Source: Tubiluchus corallicola
Taxonomy: Eukaryota; Animalia; Priapulida
Direction of reading: 5' to 3'
DNA: 64,000 bases
Assembly (NCBI GenBank): GCA_030141605.1
Contig: JAQGDQ010000031.1
Coordinates: 310,001 to 374,000, forward strand
The notes beneath the pieces were generated by a model. It worked only from the letters and a program-made list of their open reading frames with translations, was not told the origin of the DNA and made no database searches. Numbering within the stretch: position 1 is the first letter of the stretch; the number at the start of each line of letters is the position of its first letter. Positions 33,601 to 47,000 of this stretch are shown here, piece after piece. Both the position numbers and the translations under genes were made by a program.

Positions 33601-36600
33601 TGCACTTCCCATGTCTTGGAACAAAATCAAATCCTTTATTTGATACTGCGGATTTCTACCACAGAACTCTTATGTGATGTCATAAAACAGCCCTCCAGAA
33701 AAACGCAAACCTGGTGACAAGCACATATTAGCATTTTTACAAATAAAACAAGGATCTATGGAAATAGCTTCTAAAGTTAAAAAGACTGGGAAGAACCAGT
33801 GGAAACTAAATGAACTATTCGGCTGGGTAGGCACTAGTAATAAATTGAAAAAATAAAACATATACTAATAATAATAATAATAATATGAAATTTCAAACAA
33901 AAACAAGTGAAGAACAGATGAAGAATTAGCATTCTGTTGAAGTGATTGCAACAGACTGTTTTCTAAAATAATATAGCAGGCACAATAACATGAATTAAAT
34001 ACCCTTGTACTTATTCTCAAGTTCTTGTTGTTTAAGATAGTGTTGTTTTAGCTGAATCGAAGAAGTTTCTTCTTCTTTCTTTATATTTCTTGTCAAGTTA
34101 GCTACTTGTTTTTCCAATCCTTTACATTTTTCCTGAAACAAATCTTGCATAGTTAACTTGTGAAAGCGTATCACGACTTTCACTTTTTGTAATACAAATC
34201 ACAATCTAATGATGACCAACACGTATTTTAATGAAATTTAATGTTTTTAAAAGCACTCAATAAGAGAAATTATGCTGTCAACATAATTATTACAACATGC
34301 AAAACATTATGTTAGGTTAATAAGCACACCTTGAATGCAGAACACTCATCTTGCAGCGGCTTAACAGTGATTTTCTGAATGCATGTATAATGTTTACATA
34401 GAAGGGTCAGATCAAGTTGCTGGTTTGTGCACCATTGAGACAAATCAACAAGCGACAACCACTGACCAGCATCAAACTGTGTCATAAAATCACCTATAAT
34501 TGTTTATAATTATCATACTGTAATAAGGCATTAAAGTGGGCATATGCCTTGCCTATCAAATTTCTCATAAATGCAACATTAAATTTCTATAGTGGCAACT
34601 AGCAAGTCTTTATTCGAATTGCATTCAAAGTTTACAGGATGTTTCAGATGGCAGTTTTCAGACCAGCTTAATGTAAATTGCAATCAAAAGAAACAGGGAA
34701 TGGATGAGCATCTTGTTTCCAAGTTAAACAGAAAACTAAGAGAAAAAAAGAGAATTATGTGATTCATAAAATCAGAAATCAGGTTTATAAAAAAGTCTTT
34801 GAACCGCATTCATCAGCATACCTCATTGTATAGTTACGCATGGTATGCAAACAGTATCTTGCAGTTACAGTTACAGGCAAAAGCACAGCTAAAATGGTCA
34901 TAGCAAGTGACAGTCAAAAACTGCTAAAGAGAAATGAGTTAAAAGATCGAGGGCTTACTTTAGGCAATGTTATGGAGAGCATTCTAGTATTGGCTTTCAG
35001 GCTTATCCAATTTTCTGCATAGCAGAAAATATCCTGACTTGCCAATTAGCACCAGTTTGGAATTTTCCAAATGCAAATGGGAGTGAGAGCTGATAAATTA
35101 CTATTATTCAACTGGATAACATTCCTTGAAATAAAACCATTGTCATCTAGGTGCTTCAAGATTTTGAAACATGGCACATCCCACCTGTTGATGCCATTGA
35201 TTTCTGTTCACTACCATTGCCCACGATTCATCATCCCTCAAAACTAGAGCTGTATTTGCTAAAGCCTTTTGTAGTATATCTATACATGTCAGTAGCTGAA
35301 TCCCCCCCCCCCCTCTGTCTTTTTATCGTTTCAAGAATTTTACATGATCCTATAGGAAGAGGAGACTCTCGAGATAGTCATAGTGCATACTAAATCCAAT
35401 GTTATCTTCTTACTTGGATTAAGTTACTGCTATGATTCATCTTCACCACATCATACAGATCATAATGGATATTCACTCAGGCCATTTAATATCTAACAAT
35501 TTTCGCTAGAGACGTCTTTGAAAAGCGTCAATTTCTTTCTGCTGTCCAACTCTTAATATCCATAGCTCAGCATTGTACAAAAACACAGGCTCAACTAAAG
35601 TTGAAAGGTAACAACCATGTAGTACTAATTACGAGAGAGCATGTCACCTGCTAGCCTACAAAAATAAACATGTTACTTGATGATATATTTATTATCTATT
35701 ATTATTTATTTATTATCATCAACTATGTTATTATATGTTCTGTGTGTGTGCTGTGTTATTTTATGTTCTACACCTCAACGACTGCACAAACAAGAAACCA
35801 CATACACAGAAGCACTCAAGCACATGCGTACCAGTCAAGTGCTTTTTGTAAGCTTTTGTTCAAAAATGGATCATACTGAATTTGAAGTGTTATAAAAGCT
35901 TCACCTAATGCCGATGGTAGTCCAGACTCCTTGCACACTTCAGTCACTGCAGTTCCAACCTTCCGTAGATTATCTTGCACTTGAAGACAATTTTCACATG
36001 GCACTGAAGCTGAGTCATCTGTCTGCGAAGCTCTTGTGCAGAAATCTGTAGAAATATCTATTATTTGATTCTGGTTACTACTGGTAGGTTCTCTCTTTAT
36101 GTGATGATCATCTTCTTCAGGTTTGCCAACAGCGTTTAGATTCTTCTGAAAATATGGTGCAAAAATAAAAATTGCCAACAAATTTACGTAAAACTAAGTA
36201 GTTGCAAACTAATGTCAAACATAAAGAAAGCTTTAAAAATCTAAATTCAAATTTGAAATTTAAGTGACGCTTTCTTGCACACAATAACAAACAAATGTAC
36301 ATTGTACATACAAGTTCCAATCAAAGTGATTTTCAATTACAGGCTGCTGCTTACATGCTTTTGTACAAATAAGTCATAAAATTACTAAAATCTCATCTGT
36401 ACATCAATAGTAAAACAAACTCAATTTGTGACTGAAACTATCTCATACCTCATGTGATGGTTTCCTATCTTCTTGAGCTTTAATTTTTCCAGCTGTCACA
36501 CTATGTAATCGTTCCCAATGTCGTCTCACTGCAACACCAATGGATGACCCCAGGAGCATCGCCTGGTGACCTGATTTTGGCCTTGTAACATCAGACGGTA

Positions 36601-39002
36601 GTAACATTTCCAGAAACTTTGCTTGCAGTTGAAGCAACAAGAGAAATCTATACAAAAAATATACTCAAATGTAAAAATTATTCATTAAAACTAGTAAACT
36701 AGTAACATTGAAAAAATTAACAAATAATGACACCAGAAGAATTACGTAAAAGAAGTGAAATGTACTTTTCAAAAACAATTGAAAAAGACAAAACAAAACA
36801 ATAATATAGGTAATAACGCAACACACAAACAACGAATGCCGTGTAGGGTAACTGATAGCTGCTAGTCTTCAACTCAATACTGCATGGTTGCAGTCCGAAA
36901 TCTAGACCACTCGACAACAGTACCAAGGACTAAAACCAATGAAAATCGTACATTTTGGTCAAGAGAGAAATTAGGTCAGCTCTCAAGAACTGCTCAGAGT
37001 TAGGGGAATAAAAAATCGAGTCAAACCATAGATTTTTCCTGAAGAATCTAATGATTCTCAATTTTCAGCCCAAGAAAGATGTTAGAATGTACGTTATCAA
37101 TAAGCTATAATTGTTAACTAAAAAGTCATCTCGCACAGTACAAATGAATAATTCGAATTCTTCGCACTGTGTCAAAAATGGAATCTACCTCATTAGCAAT
37201 TATTATTAAGGATAATCCTTTGAGATGAGACACTGAACCAGCAGAAGTGTCATTGCCAGACACAGATGTGGTGTACAGTCTTTCTCAAAAAGAAACTACC
37301 CAGAAGCAATCCTCCACAGTAGTCACCCATCCATTTATTTACCAGGCTTAGCGTTGCTTAATAACCTTAAAGTGCCATTTACGTAGCATCCATTACGTAG
37401 CAACGTGTGTGCATTTTGGGGGTATGGAATAGATAAAATTGGTTTATATTGTTTTCAATGCACCCGTTTTGCACCCTGCATATGTGTTATTCTTTGTTTT
37501 GTAGCTATTGCTATTGATTTTTTTCCGCAGGTGGAAAAACTCACATGGATCCAAATGCTATGTAAATGCCACTTCAGATGTACACACTATGACCACTCCG
37601 GAAAAATTCTCTGATTGCATCTAACAGCGAGTTATTAGTTTCAAAAGAAAAATCAGTTTGTTAAATAAAAAACCATAAAATCCTGTAGTATGTTCATTTA
37701 TTCAGGCTGCTAAAAGATGAGGTTAACTAATTTCCTAAAACACCAAAATGTTTCAATGAATCCAATGTATATAAAAAAGTGCAGCAAAAACCTTACATGA
37801 TTATATGAAAGTGGAACCTAAATTCACTTTTGATTTACCTGTCGATTACCATTTCTAGAAGAATGACGTGTGACACCTGATTATTGCCATCATCATCATC
37901 ACTAAAAGCACACCGATCCAACAAACTGTCACTGTCCACTTGGCAAGCTTGCTGTATTCAAAGACATCAAAACCAGTGCATGTGTTATTAAAGTAATTCA
38001 TCAGAAAATAATAACTACACTCATATTTCAGTTTGCTGGACAAAAGCAGGGAGACGTTGGTCTGAATTTCCCGATTGCCTGTATTTACCAATACTAAGCT
38101 AATACAGTAGGAGGCCAGTATTAGACTCACAGTAATGTAGAATCAATCGCCTAATTATTTCAAAAACATTCAGTACGGGCCTCTCCTATGCAAAAGTGCA
38201 TAAAAACTGTCGGCAATTCACTCAAATAACTTTGCATAATTGACTCTGTACATGCTTAAATAAAATACTTTTGTGCGACCAATGAGCTTTTACTATTTTT
38301 AGCCAGCTTACTTTGCTTTTGTGCATCATAATATATGTAGAAACAATCATGGTAAATACTGTTTGTTTGTAACCAAAGTGAACAAGTGGCCCGCCAACTA
38401 ATAGTCAGCTCGTGAAACAACGGACTAAGTCCGTCGTACGCAGAACTTTTTAACAGTCCAGATTTTGCCCGATTCCTCCGATACTTGTAAAAGCAAGGTC
38501 TGGCAAACCGAAATATGAGTGTAGTAGATCATGACTACAAAATTCAAACGAAAAAAATAAAAATGCAACGTGTGTTTGCAAAAGGCAAAAAATTCTCATT
38601 TACACTTTTAATTGACTATGCATTTGAAAACCAAACGATCATTTGTGCCTGCCAGGCCCTTCTCTGAAAACTGATAAAAATACACGGAACAAAGTACATA
38701 CGTACCCAACCTGTTGGTACTCCTCACAACTCAGTTTGAAAATGATGAAATATTTTAATCAAGTTCACCATTAAGTGCAGAACAATTATTTTACAAGTCA
38801 AAGCAACAAACATTGTTAGAATGTAAGTAATGCTGAAAATTAAAATTATAGAAAACATGCAAACCTGATCAGGATATTTCCATGATGGAGCCTTAATTGG
38901 TCCAGTAAAGGACAAAATGCGATTAACTGTTGCTTGTATATCCCTCACATCACACAGAAGACTTTCAATGCAGTAGCGATTTCCTAATAATAACTCAGCC
39001 AT
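27615..39002 (-). CDS. CCDC157: Coiled-coil domain-containing protein 157 (12 coding exons, about 872 aa)
   Basis: Exons 39002-38865, 37951-37839, 36647-36449, 36145-35905, 34493-34330, 34132-34003, 33097-32975, 32837-32647, 31994-31818, 30879-30711, 30562-30426 and 28451-27615 join in frame. Motifs MAELLLGNRYCIESL...GPIKAPSWKYPD, SHVILLEMVIDRFLLLLQ, CENCLQVQDNLRKVG, REKLLLQYPDL and DMEKQILANNARINLLEQQN match vertebrate CCDC157 as I recall it. Confidence 0.9.
28833..30148. mobile_element. Non-autonomous hAT element (1316 bp)
   Basis: Perfect 23-bp TIR CAGGGCACTTTATTTATGACTTT, perfect 8-bp TSD CCCATAAC (28825-28832 and 30149-30156), and subterminal GTCATAAATA repeats. Confidence 0.93.
29337..29432. 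mobile_element. 96-bp hAT MITE nested in the larger element
   Basis: TIR TAGGGGTRAGCAT (12/13), perfect 8-bp TSD AGCGGCGT (29329-29336 and 29433-29440), and two internal copies of CGAATTCGAATCGAACCGAA. Confidence 0.92.
30968..31500. repeat. Diverged direct duplication (about 310-bp spacing)
   Basis: ATCTGGAAAGATRCTATC...ATGAAGTGAACAAAC...CTGGGC(C)AATAAA...TGGTCAC is present from 30968 and again from 31278. Confidence 0.75.
35340..35620 (-). mobile_element. RTE-clade LINE fragment
   Basis: Minus-strand translation LVEPVFLYNAELWILRVGQQKEIDAFQRRL*RKLLDIKWPE*IS is typical of the RTE post-RT region. Confidence 0.7.
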
Positions 39003-39399
39003 GATTGACACTTAATAGTCAAATCAAGCTGTTCTGGAAATAAACATATCCACATGATAAGTGTAATCAATAGTTTTGCTGTGCCATTAGGATGCCGATA
39101 AAAAATCCCCAAATTATTAAATTATTAAATGCCCAAAATTAAGGAAATTTCTACAGTTTTCCATTTTGAAACTCACCCAATCCATGCATCCAGGCCAATA
39201 AAGCTTTAGTGTAAGCTTTATTTGTTTTAAATTGAAACTCAATTTTCAGAAAACATGGCTTCTTTTATACATTAGCTACACTATATGCACAATGAATGCA
39301 ATAAATGAAGTTTTAGTAAGGCAATTAAACTGAAAGAAATGTTCCAGGGGTATATGCACGAGAGATCTACATGATACGAACATGCAACAAAGAATAGAA

Positions 39400-40830
39400 A
39401 AGAGTGAGTAACCAAGATATGAAGCTATATATGTAGTCGTGAGTCAAGACTGACACACTGACCTTAAACTTTTTAAAGCTGTTGGTCCTGACAATATTGA
39501 CATCATATGCCTCACAACAGTCACTACCTTTTTTTCTTCTTTTTTGCAAATCCTTGGAGTGTGGTATAGTCACTCAAGACTGGCTATATTGTAATGTTAC
39601 CGCTATCCCTAAAAAACCTAAAACCAACTGGACATGTGATGAATTACGCCCTTATTCTCTATCTTCTGTTGTCTCTAAATGCCTTGAATCTCTTTTGTAG
39701 GACGATATACTAAAATTACTGCTACCTTCAGGCCAATTCAATAATACTAAACACGACTCATTACCACAACACTCCACAGTAACGAATCTTCTTGAATGTA
39801 TAAATGACTGGTCCCAATTCGCTGATGACGCTTCTCTCCTATCAATTTATATTCTGTATATTGATTTTCGAAAAGCATTTGATTCCGTTCCTCTTCGTCG
39901 TCTCATGTTGAAAAAAGAATTTGAAGGTATAAGAGGGAAACTACTCCAATAGCTTCGTTATTTTCTAACACACAGAAGGCAAACAGTAGTTTTAAATGGT
40001 GTAACCACTTCCTGGAGACATGTAGCAAGTGGCATTCCTTAAGGGACTTTGTCAGGACCTTATTGTTTTTTATTTTTATCAATGATGTGACTGATTGTGT
40101 ATCCCCTGACACACGTATACCACTGCTACTTAATGATATAAAACTTTAGCATCCAATTAGAAATTCCTCTGCTCAAGAGATCTTACCAGCTGTCTGGAAT
40201 TGAGCGCTGATGTGACAAATGGTTAATGTCTCTCAAACGTGGTAAATGCAGCGCACTCCATATTTGTTCTAATTCTGCAACACCTTATTATCTGAGAGTG
40301 GTGTTATTGAATAAAAATCAGTTGTAAGTGATTTGGGTGTGTTAATCTCAAACAACCTAAAGTGGAACTCACATATTGGGCATTCATTTCTCCGGCAAAT
40401 AGATGCATTGGAATGATAAAATGCTGTATTTCATCACATAGTGCAAAAGTTATTGCACCTCTTTATAAAGCTGTAGTTAAACCAATACTTGAACAGTGCG
40501 TTGTTTGGTCACCACAGCATGTTAGTCTTAAATAATGCTTTAGAAAGAACTCAATGTAGGTGTATTAGTCTGGCCTCTGATATTTAACCTGACTGCATCT
40601 TCTCTTGAACAACGCCGTGATAATATAGCTCTTATTAACTGGTATAAAGTCATTAGTGGTAGTTCTATTTTAGGTGATGACAAATTTTTTTTCTAGACCA
40701 CCACGTGATTTACGTGGACACATTTCTAAATTATATGTGCAATACTCTCGCACTAATATCAGAGCTCGTTTCTTCTCTTCTCGTGTTGTGGGGCCTTGGA
40801 ATTCACGTAATTTCGCAAATTGTTGAGGAG
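39400..40830 (+). mobile_element. CR1-clade LINE ORF2 (RT) degenerate copy in the CCDC157 5' UTR intron
   Basis: GPDNI, VTAIPKK...RPYSLSSVVSKCLE, YIDFRKAFDSVP, SGIP*GTLSGPLLFFIFIND, DLGVLISNNLKWNSHI and FFSSRVVGPWNS, interrupted by stops and frameshifts. Confidence 0.9.
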
Positions 40831-41034
40831 AAACCGTTAATAACCGTGTTATGGTTAGGTCTCTTGGACTTCGCAAGCAAGCAAGACTAGTCATAAGTCA
40901 TTTATTTCAAGACCAAAGTAAACCATTAAGGAAACGAATTGGGAATCCGGGAGTTTGAGCTCTTCTAACACTGTCATCTCTTCTAACACTAACATAGAAC
41001 ATGTTCTATGTTCTATGTCATTTATTACACTTAC

Positions 41035-41290
41035 TCATTTAGTTCCACAAAGACCATATTAAATTGTTGATTAAAAGCATGCCAGTCCAGGATATCACAT
41101 ACACAGCATTAGTCGCGCGTTAATCAAGTTTAATTTTGTTGTCAAGCAGAACACGCTTTAGCAATGTGGGATACCAATAGAAAATCCTAATGTTGGGCGC
41201 CGAATAATCCGTTGCCGAAGTAGGACCATTGGCAAAGTATACACAATAAAGTAGGGAAATTTTTTCATTTTCATTTAAGTAAGGTGAGTG
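41035..41290. promoter_or_regulatory. Putative bidirectional promoter with non-coding first exons of CCDC157 (-) and SLU7 (+)
   Basis: Minus-strand donor GTAAGT at 41034 and plus-strand donor AAG|GTGAGT at 41284 face outward around a CpG-richer patch with CCAAT (41174) and ATTGG (41228). Both ATG exons are preceded by acceptors (39034 and 44050). Confidence 0.55.
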
Positions 41291-43489
41291 TGTTAATGAC
41301 CGTATGGTCGTACACTCACCTCACACTACTCAAATTATTTTATTTGTTGTTTATTTATGTGTACAATATTGTATTTTGATGTGTGAAATAAAATTCATAG
41401 TTCATAGTTCCGTCTTTCTTTTAACTCTCTCTTTCTCTCTCCCCCTCTTTCTCTCTAAGAGAGGGGGGGAGAGAAAAATCAATAAATCAATGAAAAATGC
41501 ATTACTTCTTTACATAGCAGGCAGCCCATCACGCAGTCAGCTAGCCTCTTTCCTCAGGAAAAACAATAAAATTTTACTTACAAGAAAACTGAACAGGCAT
41601 TTGCAAGTACATATTACAAACTTATTGCTACAATTTTTTTCCTTTTCATGAAATGTTTTCAGTTTTTTTAAACTAATAATTGCTTTTAATTGAGATATAC
41701 TTCTTTTATTAAAAACGCAAAAGTGATTTTGGCTTATCAAAATTGCACGTATGCCAACACTACTGGTGAACTTAATAATATTATTATTACAGTCAATGCG
41801 GCGCTCCAAATTTTTCACTGAATGGCCGTTTGATGCCGTTGGATGTATCTGTATGATTTTATTGATTACATGTGTGAGCCTATTTTTCCACACAGCTATA
41901 ATGCTTCCGCAGTGCCATAGTGCTAACATCGTTATTATGCAAAAAAACCAAGCTGAATTGAACTAAACAATTCGACATCATTCACATCCTTGTAGAATTG
42001 TGCAGTATAGCTGGACTAGTTGTTTACGTTTTTGTATCGTATTCGTAAGTTGCATTTTTCACAGCTTTCTGTTTTTTATGTAATTCGATTTAGTATCTAG
42101 TCCATGTGGTGGTTGCCTTAGCAGGCTCAAATTTGTAAGTACAGATTTTGAGGGAGTAGATACGATGCAAAGTGTTGTCTGTAGTGAACGTCTGACGCAT
42201 AATTTTTTTAATCAATGTTTCACTTTGATGATGAAACATTGAAAGATTTGAAAAAGATAAGATCTGGAATATGGATATGTACTGAACCGCATGAAATATA
42301 TTTACGTATCTGTATAACACATATCTGTACGTTTACAAATCACATGGATCCTAGTACATTTCAGAATCTACATTAACATTTTAAGACTAAATTAACCAAT
42401 GATACATTGGCTTACATTCCACATACAAGTTTCTCAATCTTGAGCTGTATTAGCCTACATCTGTATCATCAAACTTAGTGGCAGGTTATTACAGAACTTT
42501 ACGTCAGAGTTTCACTTACTAAATTTAGGTCATAGTTGTGGTATAGTTACTGCTTAAACCCCATGTGTATCAATCTGGGAAGGGAATTAAAAAACAAACA
42601 ATATTACTACAGCTGATTTGCTTCTTGGGGTACCTGAGTCTCAACAATGCAATTGAAACAATGGCTGTTGCTAACAACATTGTACATCTTTATTGCTTAT
42701 GTTTGATACAGTCTTGCATGATTGTCAGTTCAGTTTCATAAGACAGCTAAAAATATATAGTGCCAGAGACACTATTAGGTGTGTTGATGGACTGCCACAC
42801 TTTTCTCTGTGCATTGTAATGTCATTTGATCAACTACATGTATGCAGTGCAGGCATAATATACCTAGTGCAAGTATACTCATACTTTGCAGTGAACTTGT
42901 TAATAGTCACACCAGGATACTCTCATTCATTATTTGTTCAAAACCCGAGTCAAATCATGATTTATGGATAATAGCGGAGTCATTATCCTTCAACGTCATT
43001 AGCATTGAAAATAATGTTTTTTAACAACCGACTGTTGAGTTTAGTAGCACGTAAGAAGGATAGCATGGATTATTTTCTCCCCATAATCCCTATGCTGTAT
43101 TAATAGTGCTCAGTGCGGTAGGCTGATGTAGCTAATTGATAAAGCATACAATTAAACAATTAAGAAGTCTGGCAGATAAAAAATTTGTCAAATGCCTTGC
43201 GAAGAAAACACTACTTTTGTGATTTACAACTTGCTTGTTCAGGCTCTCAGGGTGTAATAAGTGAATGCTTGTTGTTCGTATAGTATAGTTAACAGTATAG
43301 CAGTATAGTTAGTTAAAATACGCCGGTTTTTGTTTTTGTTTGTGAATATAAATGATTACAGTTTCATCACTGACGCTGAATCTTAACAATTGGGTACCCG
43401 AGTCTGATTTTTGCTACCTGTGTAAACACTAGTCAGATTAGAACTCTTTGGGTATTGTCGTTGAAAGGGAATAGAATTGCTTGGCTGTA

Positions 43490-43930
43490 AAATCTAAAAC
43501 TTATTCTAGCATCTGTATACATTTTTGTACACGACTTGGAATCATTTTCACACTCGGTTTTTAATACTCAGGTGCATGTGAGCCTGTATGTGGTAACATC
43601 AAGCAAACTCTATGTTTTTGGACAAGGTTGTAACTTGTGGGTATAGAAATTGTTTAGGATAACCATTTTGTGCAAGAAATCCACCAATTATGGTCAACAT
43701 TTTTTATGTCATAAAATGAAGCCAACCAGAAAGCTCTGTCTAAACCGATAGCACACTTGTGATGTAAAAAATCTGTAAAAGTGGGTTATGGTAGGTGCTT
43801 GTGGTAAAGCCCTCAACACGAGTAACAGTTACATCTAAAAAGGAACTATTATTTTGTTCAAACTCTACATTGAATCTTCCATTAGGATGCTTACCATTTA
43901 AATACTGTTGTAAGCTGTACCTGTTCATTT
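43490..43930 (-). mobile_element. Penelope-like retroelement RT fragment in SLU7 intron 1
   Basis: YLNGKHPNGRFNVEFEQNNSSFLDVTVTR...FTTSTYHNP matches the Penelope LNxxHPNIxFTxExE...FLDV...TxxYxKP motif. Confidence 0.75.
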
Positions 43931-44061
43931 GCATTACCTTTATGTTAATACTTTCTTTTGGAAACCTGGCAATCTTTTTACCCTTGTGAATTGTTTGCAA
44001 AGAGAAAAGTGATACAATAAGACATTGAACTGAATTTTGTTATGTTATAGGAATAATCACG

Positions 44062-47000
44062 ATGTCAAATGTGCACGGAAGCTTACCTTTATCCGTCATA
44101 CTAAAAGCTAAAGATGAGGGAGAGACACCTGGAGAAAAGAAAAGGGAAGACTGGAGAAAGGCTAAAGAGTTAGAAGAAGCTCGCAAAGCTGGGCAGGCAC
44201 CAGCTGAAGTAGACGAGGAAGGAAAGTAAGTATTAGTTTTCATAGTATTTTGATATTGGTGCGCTGTTTTCCTAGAGCTGCTTATGTTGTTACATACTTA
44301 TCTGTAACCATTGGTGATATAAGAGAAACATCTACATTTATATTTGTATTAGTTTTCCCATGAATATATGCTCAGCAGCATATACACTGTAACTGCTGTT
44401 GATGCACGGTTGCTTAACTTTGTTGATACATGTATCTCATTGGAAGGTGCTGCCACCTTAGCTTTTGAATTGTGCGCCCAGGGAACAGGAAGCTGCTTAG
44501 TTTCCCTGGCATTGTTGTTTGTGTGCATGGTTAAGAGCAGATGATCAACTCAACTGCCTTTATGTGAATACTGTAGTGAATATGTTCATTTTGTATTGAT
44601 AGTAGTAATTACTTTGAATACTGTGAATTTCGTAGATATCATAAATTTTGTGGTAACGTTTAACGGTGATATGTTGATGTCTTTGCTATGAATGCCCTTT
44701 ATGTTTAGTATGATCGTGCTTGTAGTTAATGGAGATTACATTATACGATCATCGTGAACAGCGTTGCATATTTTCACTCGTACCAATGAAAATATTTACA
44801 TTGATTTTGAACACAAAAGTTCACTGTGTTAAGCATTAATATTACTTTTCACCTGTTGAAGATGTCAAGTAATACACAACAATTCAAAACGAACAGTCAT
44901 TGCCATTACGTACACTTTTAGGACCAAGTTTATCATCCATTTTGGAAAGCATCAAAGAGCCGCATACCTTTGTGGCTTCTTTTTAGAAAACCACTGACTT
45001 TTGTGTAGTGCATTTTTATTAAACTTTTTGTTAAGATATTTAAAAAGTTTTTGCAATGCATTTAAAAGCATTTATTAAAATTATGGTGGAACAGAAGGGT
45101 AACAAATATAGGAGCAACAGAGAGATGGAAACAGAAGATAGTGCAAAATTTTTGCTTTATATGATGATATTGTTGTTTTGAAAAATATGGTAATCTTTAG
45201 TCTCTTGCCGCAGAGCTATTTTTACTTGGAATGTGTTGTAGTACAAGTAAAAATATTAACATTCAATGCAAATAAATAGAATACACAGTTGTAATCCTAG
45301 GCCAAAACTGTTCAAAGTTGGATTAGAATGCTGGTATTGCACTGAACAAACATGTAGCATAAGTGTCTTGTATGCTGGTTACTCACAAGCTTTTATTAGA
45401 AACAAGTGACTTTACCTTCTGTGGTTCTTAAGCAAGTTATTCATAAACTGTTTAGGTTAAGCTTAGATGGTAGTTAACCATTTGCATTATTTTAGGAAAC
45501 AATTGCATGCGATAATGTGCTGCTTTTAGACAATCTCTCATTGGCCTAGTATGAACAAATATAGCTTTCAGCTTGATATGCACTTGTGATGTAAAATGCA
45601 ATGTATTTTAATTTATGATATTAATAAATCACATTTACTAAAATTTATTCTCTTTCAGAGATATCAATCCGCATATCCCTCAGTACATTACACAGGTACC
45701 ATGGTACTTTGGTTCTCAGCGTCCTACCTTGAAACATCAGCGCCCGCAGCCAGAGAAGCACAAGGAGTTCAATAAAATCAGTGATTGGTACAACAAAGGT
45801 GTTTCAGTAAGTACAGCAAAATTTGTCGCTATATTCAGTCTAGTATCTACTACAACTTTTGTGAAGTTATGCGGCCAGCCAAAAAAAATGTTTCTGTCTT
45901 ACCCTCATGAGCTCAAAAGATGCCCTTAGCTTTTTTTGGTCAATATTGCCTATAAATTCACGGAATTTGTTGTGTTTTTGTAAAAAAGTAAAATATTAAG
46001 TCTCTTTCCATTATTTATGGGAAGTTGTCTCATCAAAAATAATTCAGCATTCCGGCTCTCATTAAGGCATTAATCAATCATCACTTTTGTTTACAATTTA
46101 ACAATCTTCTGAGCATACATTCTTCTTTAACTGTTTTTTTTGTCGGCATAGCTAGTTAACAGTCTGATTACATGTGTATTGATTGACAATTGCTAATTTA
46201 GTGGCTAATGTTGCACATCCAACTGCTATTTTTACTACTATCCAAAGACTGCTGTGCAAGAAATTTGCAGGATGTTTTCACTGAGTCTAGTTTGTTGGAC
46301 AGTTTCATTTTCTTGCTTTTTTTCAGGGCTCAATTGCGACTAAGTATAGAAAAGGCGCTTGTGAAAATTGTGGTGCCATGACTCATAAAAAGAAAGATTG
46401 TGTTGAGGTACAAATTAGTTGAAAATTACCAATTTTTTGAAATATATTGTTGCGCGCACACTTAGTCAAGGTATGCTTTGTGCATGCACGTCATTTGCTA
46501 TAAAAGAAGTGAGCATGTAGTTTTCTACGTCTCTGTTATGATTGTCATGTTCACCATGTCTGCTGCTCTCTCCAGTGCCTCGCAGTGGTTGTCATTTTGG
46601 TAGGCACAGCATAGTTTGAACCTAATTAATAATCTTTCGTCCTTCTCTCTTGTGCACTCCTATCTAGTAGAATGCAGTGCGGTCATACGAAGGCTGACTA
46701 CTCGGTCATCTTCGTGTCCCTCGACCCCCAGACGGCTCCCAGGGGAGGGCATTTCAAATTATTATTGAATAGTAAAAAAATTGTTTTATAGTAGAAAAGC
46801 AAATCAGGGATTTTAGTATTTGAAAAAAGAATTTGCTTTTTATGGAGCATTGTTACCCGTTTAAAAAAAACCTGCCGCACAACTGTATGATATGTACATT
46901 TCTTACTGTTGCTTAAAATTATTTAGCTGAAGTGCAACATTATTTTACTTTATGAATTCTATAAAATGTTGTAATTTTTTTCTCTAGCGACCAAGAAAAG

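Noticed and set aside
35670-35895. Hydrophobic plus-strand ORFs as the missing GPCR TM5 (also 37405-37614 and 41751-41966)
   Set aside because: AT-rich intronic composition explains the hydrophobicity, and there are no CWxP or NPxxY/DPxxY motifs.
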